Shown piece by piece: positions 19,841 to 27,337 of a stretch of 37,601 bases of DNA; the stretch's first letter is position 1, and each line of letters starts with the position of its first letter. A model generated the notes under the pieces. The model ran no database searches, was not told the DNA's origin, and was given only the letters and a program-made list of their open reading frames with translations. Position numbers and translations under genes: made by a program. The stretch spans positions 1 through 37,601 of the forward strand of contig DASVUO010000306.1 in the NCBI GenBank assembly GCA_036386995.1, in the 5' to 3' direction. Source of the stretch: Allosphingosinicella sp. (GTDB taxonomy: Bacteria > Pseudomonadota > Alphaproteobacteria > Sphingomonadales > Sphingomonadaceae).

Positions 19841-20232
19841 TCAGCGGCGGCGGACCCGGGCCCCGCGCTCCTCGATCAGCGGCGAACCTTGGGCCGGCCG
19901 CACCTTCAGCCCGCGCGCATCGGCGTCGGCGTGGCGGACCAGCAGGCTACGGCGCGAGCGGATGCTGACGTCGCGAAATACCACCCCTTCTATGATGCGC
20001 TCAGGTAAGCCGAGTATGATGCCGGCCCGGTCGGGGCCCGTCGCCCGCAGCCCCTCGACGCGGACGTTGCGGATCCAGGGCGTCGAGTTCGGCAGATAGG
20101 GCCGCGGCGGCTCCGCATCGCTCGGGTAGATCTGGTGGCCCAGAATGAAGCCCCCTTCCGCCGCCAGCCGGTTCGTCACCGCCGTTTCGTCGTAGCCCCC
20201 GCCTTCATAATAAGCTGAGAAAACGAAAAGCG
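19841..20232 (-). pseudogene. C-terminal remnant of a GH28 polygalacturonase-like beta-helix enzyme
   Basis: FVFSAYYE...TPWIRNVRVEGLRAT...AGIILGLPERIIEGVVFRDVSI resembles a GH28 C-terminus. No N-terminal or catalytic part and no credible start. Confidence 0.65.
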
Positions 20233-20233
20233 G

Positions 20234-20482
20234 ATTTCGGAGGAGATGATCGCCGCTTTCGGCGAGAAGATGCGGCATGCGCTCGGCGCAGGAGACCCTG
20301 CATTCCGCTCAGCCTATGTGCGTCTTTTCGTTAGCCGGGTCGAGCTCTCCACGAAGGAGATCAGAATCTTCGGCTTCAAATCTGCGATTGAGAGAACCCT
20401 CACCGCAGCAGCGTCGTCGAAGACGGGTGCTGTGCCCATCTTTGACCGGGAGTGGTGCCGCTTAGGTGACTCGAACACCTGA
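20234..20482 (+). pseudogene. C-terminal remnant of a large serine recombinase reading into the tRNA fragment
   Basis: ISEEMIAAFGEKMR...DPAFRSAYVRLFVSRVEL...EIRIFGFK...VPIFDREWCRLGDSNT resembles tails of tRNA-targeting alphaproteobacterial recombinases. Confidence 0.65.
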
Positions 20483-20497
20483 CCCCATCATTACGAA
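20453..20497 (-). mobile_element. att site: 45-nt 3' fragment of tRNA-Thr(CGT)
   Basis: Minus strand TTCGTAA-TGATG-GGGTC-AGGTG-TTCGAGT-CACCT-AAGCGGC-ACCA gives anticodon loop, T arm, acceptor 3' strand and CCA. The 5' half is absent. Confidence 0.88.
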
Positions 20498-20551
20498 GGC
20501 AAAGGAAGGCTAACGACTTTTCGTTCTTGTTCAGCTCGTTAGGCACAGGAA

Positions 20552-20587
20552 AACCCACGTGAACCCACCCGACCCAGCCACTACCCA
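20552..20587 (+). repeat. About 10-bp-phased (A)ACCCA(C) direct repeats, candidate integrase arm-type sites
   Basis: AACCCAC at 20552 and 20562, ACCCA at 20572 and 20583; 55 nt inside the att core. Confidence 0.5.
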
Positions 20588-21053
20588 ATGCGAGGGAACG
20601 TCGGTACCTGGCGTTTTCCTAGCCAACGTGCCTTGGCTCGGTTCGGCTTGGAAAAGTGACCCCCTCTAGACCCACAAAGCAGCTCTCTGCAAGGCCGTGT
20701 CTATGACCGGGTTTGGCCGATAGCTGACCGGCAGCTCGTGGTGGCTCTAGCCCCGGACCAGCCCTTCGCCGTCTTTGCGAGGTCTTTCGCTACGGTGGGT
20801 TTCTGCACTCGGTGCTCGCCCAATTTCGGGACCCTACAACACTGCAAGTCAGCCGGCGAAACTTGTGCCGTGTGGTCCGATTGGACGTGGATCTTATAAC
20901 CACCGTAGATGCGCATCGATGGCAGAGAAGGACCTTTTGATCAGCAAGGTCCCTGTTGGCAGCTGAGAGCCGAACAGAGCTGTATCAGGCTAGAACCGCA
21001 GCGGGCGTTTCTTCGGCGGGTGTAGTGAGTGGCTGGCTTTCACGTCCAGAGGA

Positions 21054-21084
21054 GGATTACAAATATTCGGCGCTCGGTTGTCTT
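21054..21084 (+). promoter_or_regulatory. Putative ECF-sigma promoter, copy 1
   Basis: GGATTACAAATattcgGCGCTCGgTTGTCTT; 26/31 identical to 22760-22790. Confidence 0.75.
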
Positions 21085-21131
21085 GCATCGGCGACGGGTC
21101 TGCACACGCAAGGGGGACGCCGGCCGGGTAC

Positions 21132-21701
21132 ATGGTCGATGATGAAAAGATCGAGGCTTGGTTCTGCCGTGAGGTTCTACCTCTCGAGCGGAGCCTTGTG
21201 CATTTCATCCGGCGCAATTGGAGGGTCGCAGACGACGTTATGGACTTAAGGCAGGACGTGTACCAATCGGCGATCGCCGGAGCTCGAGCAGGGCTTCCGC
21301 TGAACACGCGTGCGTATCTGTTCACCGTTGCCCGCAATCACCTCATTAATTGCGCAAAGCGCGCCCGCATCGTCTCATTCGACCTTGTTGCCGACCTTGA
21401 AACGATCCCGCGCGACATCGACATGTTCGAAACCGAAAGGCATCTGGAAGCGCGGGATACGCTTCATCATGTTCTCGCCGGCCTGCAGAAGCTGTCGCCG
21501 CGCGTTCGTGAGATCGTCGAGCTGCGCAAAATCGAGGGGCTTAGCATCAAGGAAACCGCCGATCGGCTCGGCATCGGCAAGGATGCCGTCAATCACCAGC
21601 TTCTAATGGGTATGAGGGCGCTTGCTGACCATATCCTGGGGGGGGCCGGTAAAATCGTCAGGCACCGGTACAGCCGTGGCCGCAAGGCTGGCAAACCGTG
21701 A
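21132..21701 (+). CDS. ECF sigma-70 factor (FecI-like)
   Basis: DLRQDVY, RAYLFTVARNHLI, LSPRVREIVELRKIEGLSIKETADRLGI. ATG 21132 chosen over TTG 21078. Confidence 0.9.
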   Translation: MVDDEKIEAWFCREVLPLERSLVHFIRRNWRVADDVMDLRQDVYQSAIAGARAGLPLNTRAYLFTVARNHLINCAKRARIVSFDLVADLETIPRDIDMFETERHLEARDTLHHVLAGLQKLSPRVREIVELRKIEGLSIKETADRLGIGKDAVNHQLLMGMRALADHILGGAGKIVRHRYSRGRKAGKP

Positions 21702-22690
21702 ACCGTTCGGATCAGACCGATGCCGGCGCCGCCGCCTGGATTCTTGCGCAGGAGGAAGATTGCTGGAGCGATGCTGCCCAGGCCGATTTCGAAGCCTGGT
21801 TTGCTGCGTCGGACGCAAACAAGGCCGCTTACTGGCGCTTGAAGCATAGCTGGCGCACAGCGGATCGGATTCTCGCCTTGGGCGCAACTGGAGCGCCGGG
21901 CGGCGAGCATGCCTTTGATGCGGCCCCCTCGGGGTATTCGGGGGTTCGGTGGCGGGTTCCGGCCTCGATCGCAGCGGCCGTCGTGGCCATTGCAGGCATA
22001 GGCTACAATTTGTCCGAAGGCCTAGGCGGCCGCGAGACGGCGGTCGCAACCAGGCAATTCGATACCGCTGTCGGAGCGAGGCAGATCATTGAACTCGCCG
22101 ATGGCAGCAAGGTCGAACTCAACACGGCATCTAGAGCGCGAGCCGCGCTTACCGAAAAAAGTCGTGAATTCTGGCTCGAGGAAGGGGAAGCCTATTTCGA
22201 AGTCAAGCATCGCGACGGCCTACCGTTCGTCGTCCACAGTGGTAATCGTCAGGTGACGGTACTTGGCACGAAATTCTCGGTCCGGCGGATCGGCAGCGAA
22301 GTTGCGGTCTCGGTGTTGGAGGGACGCGTGAGGGTTGAGGAGGTCGAGGGCAAACGCCGCCTTCGCTCAACCGTTATCGCGGGCGGCGACATCGCGCGCA
22401 CCGACGGGCCTGCCACGCTTCTAATTTCCCGCTCCGAAGCGAAGGTGCAGAATTCGCTCGCTTGGCGAGACGGCATGCTGAACTTCGACCAAACGCGGCT
22501 TGCCGAAGCGGCGGCGGAATTCAATCGGTATAACAGAAAACCAATTGTGATCACCGACGCGGACGTTGCCGACATCCGCATAGGCGGAACGCTTCCTGCC
22601 GGGAGCCCCGATGCTTTCGTGCGCCTGCTTCACGATGCTTACGGCCTGAAAGTTGTCCATTCCCCGCAGGCCATCGAGATATCCAACTGA
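21698..22690 (+). CDS. fecR: FecR-family anti-sigma / transmembrane sensor
   Basis: AAAW..F.AW N-terminal domain, one TM, LADGSKVELNTAS, GEAYFEV, VLGTKFSVR, AWRDGMLNF, EFNRY. Confidence 0.92.
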   Translation: MNRSDQTDAGAAAWILAQEEDCWSDAAQADFEAWFAASDANKAAYWRLKHSWRTADRILALGATGAPGGEHAFDAAPSGYSGVRWRVPASIAAAVVAIAGIGYNLSEGLGGRETAVATRQFDTAVGARQIIELADGSKVELNTASRARAALTEKSREFWLEEGEAYFEVKHRDGLPFVVHSGNRQVTVLGTKFSVRRIGSEVAVSVLEGRVRVEEVEGKRRLRSTVIAGGDIARTDGPATLLISRSEAKVQNSLAWRDGMLNFDQTRLAEAAAEFNRYNRKPIVITDADVADIRIGGTLPAGSPDAFVRLLHDAYGLKVVHSPQAIEISN

Positions 22691-22759
22691 GCTAAGCGAA
22701 TGCGGCGTCCTGCGGACCACGATGCAGCCACCTCGCGAAATAAGCGATTAGTCCATTGT

Positions 22760-22790
22760 GGATTACAAATTTATAGCGCTCGATTGTCTT
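22760..22790 (+). promoter_or_regulatory. Putative ECF-sigma promoter, copy 2
   Basis: GGATTACAAATttataGCGCTCGaTTGTCTT; ends 48 nt before the ATG, exactly as copy 1 does. Confidence 0.75.
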
Positions 22791-22837
22791 CATCGTCCGA
22801 GGGCGCTGCAGGAGCGGCCTGGAGACGGGGGGTCTTT

Positions 22838-25468
22838 ATGCGCTTGAGGAGAGACGTCGCAGCGGCACTTGCCGCAGGTGTCAGCATTGTTGCATTGGCT
22901 ACGCCGGCACAGGCGCAGCAGCTGAATTTCAATATCCCGGCAGGCAGCCTCAAAGGGGCACTGGACGCATATAGCCGCCAATCGCGCCGCCCGATTATCT
23001 ACAAAGCGGACGAGGTAAAGGGTGTCCGTTCGCACGGCTACCGGGGGGCGGGTTCACCGCAGACCGCGCTGGAGGCGGTGCTCTCGAATACCGGCTTCTT
23101 CGCCCAGACGGACCACTCAGGTGCGATTGCTGTGGTTCGAATGCGGGGAGCGGTGACTGCTTCGGCCGAAACTATGCAGCCGCCGGTAACGGCTTCCGGA
23201 GAGGGGGACGAGGACACAACCGAGGCGGAACTTCAGGAGCAGCCCATTATCGTCACGGGCACGAGTATTCGCGGCACCAATCCCAACAGTGCACCGCTGG
23301 ATGTCTACACCCGAAAGGATTTTGAAAAACTCGGTGTGGTGAGTGTTGATCAGCTACTCCAAGCTATCCCCCAAAATTTGAATTCAACGGGATCGGTCGG
23401 ATCGAATTCGATCGGCCGCGCGGCCGGCGCCAACGCGCGCAGTATCAACGCTCCGGACCTGCGCGGTCTTGGACCGAACGCTACCCTCTCACTGCTCAAC
23501 GGACGCCGTCTGCCGCTGGCCAATTTGGGCCGAGGCGCGGACCTTTCGCTTATTCCATTAGGCGCGGTGGAACGGGTAGAGGTCCTCACCGAAGGGGCCT
23601 CCTCCATCTACGGCGCGGACGCGGTCGGCGGCGTGATCAACTTCATCTTGAGGGAGGATTACGAAGGTGCCCTGACCTCGGTTCATCATACCTTCCGCGG
23701 CGATGGCGGATATAGCGACACCGTGGTTGAGCAGACCGGCGGCTTCAATTGGGGCAGCGGTGGCGTACTGGCGAGTTTCTCGCTGCACTCGGCGGAGCCC
23801 CTCAGGGGCAAGCAACTGAATTTCGTCAATGCGCCCACAACGACATTGTCGCCCATCGACGACAGATGGTCGGGCTTTCTGTCAGCCCACCAGGCCCTCG
23901 GCAGCAGGGTTAAAATCTTTGCCGACTTGCTATATTCCGATAGGGACACAGAGCAGACTACCGAAGAACTTCCCCAAGTTTTTATCGTCCAGTCTAAATC
24001 AAAACAGGCAGTAGGATCCCTTGGGTTCTCGGCTCGATTGACCGACGAATTGAACTTCGATGTGATCGGCACTTATGGACACGTTGAGAGTCTATTTCTT
24101 TCTAATCGTGGAAGGCTTGGAGGTGAACTCCGCCCCAGCAGCCCAAACACATTTAACTCCACAGAAATAACGGCTAAGTTTGACGGCAAACTTTTTGCTT
24201 TGGCCGGAGAGGATGTCCGTTTTGCGGTCGGGGGCGGGTATCTTGAGCAAGATCTCCTCGCTGTTCGACAGAATCTTGAAAGGGAGACCCGATACGCTTT
24301 TGGTGAGTTGAATGTTCCCTTAGTGGGCGAAGGCCGAAATCTGCCTTTGGTGAAGCGTCTCGAGCTGAATCTTTCAGCGCGCTATACCAGCACATCAGAC
24401 TATGGTGACAGCTTCGATCCGAAAGTAGGTATCTACTGGAAGCTTAGTGATGCTTTTGCTGCTCGGGGAACGTGGAGCCACTCGTTTCGAGCGCCCGAGC
24501 TGCTGCAGCTTGCTCCATCAGAGCTAATTTTGGGTCTGCTACCTGTCGATTCCGAGTTCGGGAGTTTCCCTGATCCTTTTTCTAAAGACCGATCAACAGT
24601 GTATCTCCTGGTATCGGATATCTCCAACCCAAATCTAGAACCCGAAACGTCCAATAGCTTCACGCTCGGTGTGGATTTCAAGCCGCCTCAAGTGCCAGGG
24701 CTCAAAGCCTCGGCCACCTATTATAATATACGGTACAAGGACCGTATCGCATTCCCACCCGATGCATTCACAATAGCGGCGGACCCGGAGCTTTACTCCG
24801 AATTCATCTTTCCAGCCGATCGCGCTGTGATCGACGAGATTGCAGCAAGATCTTTTCTCGTAACCGACTATGCCGACTTCAATGATTATGACCCCGATCC
24901 GGATTTTATTGCGGGACGCGCCACCCGGTTGATCATAAACGGCCTTACCAATCTAGCGTCGACGAAAGCATCGGGCGTGGACGTGACCCTCGACTATAGC
25001 TGGGCGTTCGGCGCGGTTCGAATGAACACAGGTGCCAAGTTCACCTACATGATCGAAAACGACGAGAAACCCACGGCAGCCCTGCCAGCCCTTAAGAGGC
25101 TGAACACCGTGTCCTTTCCGGTTAACCTGAAAGGCCGCGCCTTTGTGGGGGCGAGCCGGGGCGGTTTGAGTGGACAGCTCACGGTCAACTACGTGAACGG
25201 ATACAGCAATACGGCAGTCGATCCGGATGCACCGATCGACAGCTGGACGACCGTCGACCTATCGACCTCCTATCGGTTCGCCGACCGGCGAGGACCGCTG
25301 AAGGGTTTGCGCCTGGGGCTGAACGTTCGCAACCTGTTCAACACGGACCCTCCCTTCGTTGCCGCTACGGAGAGTCGGGAGGGCTCCATCAATCGCATCA
25401 ATTACGACGCGGCCAATCATAATCCATTCGGGCGCCTCATCACGCTCAACCTGACCAAGGAATGGTGA
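22838..25468 (+). CDS. TonB-dependent transducer with N-terminal STN signalling domain
   Basis: Signal peptide, FNIPAGSLKGALDAYSRQS (STN), IIVTGTSIRG, LRGLG..TL.LLNGRR, ASSIYGADAVGGVINFIL, terminal Trp. Confidence 0.92.
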   Translation: MRLRRDVAAALAAGVSIVALATPAQAQQLNFNIPAGSLKGALDAYSRQSRRPIIYKADEVKGVRSHGYRGAGSPQTALEAVLSNTGFFAQTDHSGAIAVVRMRGAVTASAETMQPPVTASGEGDEDTTEAELQEQPIIVTGTSIRGTNPNSAPLDVYTRKDFEKLGVVSVDQLLQAIPQNLNSTGSVGSNSIGRAAGANARSINAPDLRGLGPNATLSLLNGRRLPLANLGRGADLSLIPLGAVERVEVLTEGASSIYGADAVGGVINFILREDYEGALTSVHHTFRGDGGYSDTVVEQTGGFNWGSGGVLASFSLHSAEPLRGKQLNFVNAPTTTLSPIDDRWSGFLSAHQALGSRVKIFADLLYSDRDTEQTTEELPQVFIVQSKSKQAVGSLGFSARLTDELNFDVIGTYGHVESLFLSNRGRLGGELRPSSPNTFNSTEITAKFDGKLFALAGEDVRFAVGGGYLEQDLLAVRQNLERETRYAFGELNVPLVGEGRNLPLVKRLELNLSARYTSTSDYGDSFDPKVGIYWKLSDAFAARGTWSHSFRAPELLQLAPSELILGLLPVDSEFGSFPDPFSKDRSTVYLLVSDISNPNLEPETSNSFTLGVDFKPPQVPGLKASATYYNIRYKDRIAFPPDAFTIAADPELYSEFIFPADRAVIDEIAARSFLVTDYADFNDYDPDPDFIAGRATRLIINGLTNLASTKASGVDVTLDYSWAFGAVRMNTGAKFTYMIENDEKPTAALPALKRLNTVSFPVNLKGRAFVGASRGGLSGQLTVNYVNGYSNTAVDPDAPIDSWTTVDLSTSYRFADRRGPLKGLRLGLNVRNLFNTDPPFVAATESREGSINRINYDAANHNPFGRLITLNLTKEW

Positions 25469-25473
25469 TCAAC

Positions 25474-26880
25474 ATGAGCAGCTTTCTCAAAATTGCCACA
25501 ACGAGCCTGGCTGGAACGTCCCTCCCATTGCTCCTTGCCGCAGCAGCACCGGCGGTGGCGCAAACAGGCACGGCACCGTGGTACAAGGAAGTCCTGCTCG
25601 TGAAGGACGGCGCAGCGGCGCTCGACACCGGCGACGGACGGCCAAGCCTGGACGGCCGCTGGAACGAGGAGAGCCGATCGGGTCATGCCGCGCCCGTTTT
25701 TCATGATTACACCGGCGACGGACTGCCCGACCTGATCGTTGGCGACTTTTCCGGCTGGTTCCGCCTTTATACCAATCACGGGACCCGTAATGCTCCCGCC
25801 TTCAATGGCTACGAGCCTCTTCAGGCCGACGGTGCCGACGCGAGGCTCGGAAACTTCTGCTGCACCGCGACGGGGGTTCGCTTCGCCGACATCGATGGCG
25901 ACGGCGTGCAGGATCTGACGGCCGGCTCCTACCTCCCGGGTATGATCTACTGGTTTCCCGGCAAGCCGGGTGGCCATCTCGGGTCGCGCCAGGCGCTTAC
26001 CACCCGCGGGGGCTTGCCGATCCTGGCACGCCTCAATGAGGCTGCCGTCGGTGGCGGATACAACAATTATGCGGCCAAACCGGCGTGGATGGACTGGGAC
26101 GGCGATGGCAAGCTCGATCTGCTGATCGGTGATGCCCAGGGCGATCTGCTCGTACGGCGCAATACCGGTCTCGCCCACTTCAAAGGTTTAACTGTTCATT
26201 CGAGTCAGCCTACTTTCGAGGCGGGAACCGAGACCAGAGGGGCCGCAGAAAATATATTCGGTGCCATCAAAGGCGGCGGCGGAGAATTTGCGGACGAGGA
26301 GTATCTTTCCCCTGTCACCACCGATTGGAACGGTGATGAGCTGGTAGACCTGGTGGTCGCAACGCAATCCGGAGCGGTTTATCTTCTGCTCAACACGGGA
26401 AGCCAAGGAGAGCCGTCCTTTGCCCCACCTATCAAACTTCTGCCTTCAACCCCGGGCGGCGAATTCACCAATCCCCAGTTGGTACGGCGCGGCGACGACG
26501 AGATTCTCCGCGGCTCACGGGCCTCGGTGGACGTCGCCGACTGGAACGGCGATGGCAAGCTGGATCTGATCGTAGGAGATTGGGCTCGCAGCTGGCTATT
26601 GCGCAGCAATCTTTCCGCTGCGGAAGAAAGCGGGCTGAAGCAAGTGCTCGCGAAGCTGGTGGCGCTCGACAAGAGGGCCGGTTTACAAGGCGAGGAGCCG
26701 CTTCGCGACCGACACAAAGGCGCCCCGATTTACTTCGAGAACGAGAAACTCGGCGCCGAATTGGCCACGCTTGAGGCGGAGCTCACCACGTTTCTCGAGC
26801 CGAGGGGGAAAGAGAAGTCCACCCGCTTGTCCGATTTTGAAAGGAACCATGGTCATGTTCGCGTCTACCTGCGGCGCTAG
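25474..26880 (+). CDS. Secreted FG-GAP/VCBS-repeat (beta-propeller-like) protein with a vicinal Cys-Cys
   Basis: Signal peptide ending AVA; five D-x-[DNT]-G-D repeats (DYTGDG, DIDGDG, DWDGDG, DWNGDE, DWNGDG); GNFCCT. Start may be 25462. Confidence 0.85.
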   Translation: MSSFLKIATTSLAGTSLPLLLAAAAPAVAQTGTAPWYKEVLLVKDGAAALDTGDGRPSLDGRWNEESRSGHAAPVFHDYTGDGLPDLIVGDFSGWFRLYTNHGTRNAPAFNGYEPLQADGADARLGNFCCTATGVRFADIDGDGVQDLTAGSYLPGMIYWFPGKPGGHLGSRQALTTRGGLPILARLNEAAVGGGYNNYAAKPAWMDWDGDGKLDLLIGDAQGDLLVRRNTGLAHFKGLTVHSSQPTFEAGTETRGAAENIFGAIKGGGGEFADEEYLSPVTTDWNGDELVDLVVATQSGAVYLLLNTGSQGEPSFAPPIKLLPSTPGGEFTNPQLVRRGDDEILRGSRASVDVADWNGDGKLDLIVGDWARSWLLRSNLSAAEESGLKQVLAKLVALDKRAGLQGEEPLRDRHKGAPIYFENEKLGAELATLEAELTTFLEPRGKEKSTRLSDFERNHGHVRVYLRR

Positions 26881-27337
26881 GCTGCTTTCGGCTGCAGCCG
26901 CCGCGATGCTGATTTCGGCACCGGTCATCGCGCAGAACGTCGGAATCACGGTTGCGCCGAAGGCGGGCCTCAGCGTGCGCGCCGGCCAGACCGGGGAAGT
27001 GCGCCTGGTTCTTGGCATGGACGCACCTTGGTATGTCTACGCCCCGACCGGCGCGAACGCGAAGCAGGGCCTGATCGAGACGCACGTTCGCATCTTGCCG
27101 GCTGCACAGATCCAGTTCGCGCCTGCACAATTTCCCAAGGCTCAGCCCTACGGCTCCTTTGACGTGTTGCGCGGCCGAAGCAACGTTGTTCGCCAGGCCT
27201 TCCGGGTCCGCCCTCGCACCCCGCCCGGTGCCTACAAGGTCAAGGGTTATGCCGAATACCAGACATGCAATGGAAAGGTCTGTCTGGCGCCCAATCGGGT
27301 TCCTTTCAGCTTCGTGATCAATGTCGTTGCAGGGTAG
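26849..27337 (+). CDS. Stand-alone periplasmic DsbD N-terminal (alpha, Ig-like) domain protein
   Basis: Signal peptide, WYVYAP, YQTCNGKVCLAP. ATG 26849 follows an AAGGA RBS. Confidence 0.8.
   Translation: MVMFASTCGARLLSAAAAAMLISAPVIAQNVGITVAPKAGLSVRAGQTGEVRLVLGMDAPWYVYAPTGANAKQGLIETHVRILPAAQIQFAPAQFPKAQPYGSFDVLRGRSNVVRQAFRVRPRTPPGAYKVKGYAEYQTCNGKVCLAPNRVPFSFVINVVAG

Noticed and set aside
20453-20530. Intact tRNA-Thr gene
   Set aside because: D arm and 5' acceptor strand are missing; it is only an att fragment.
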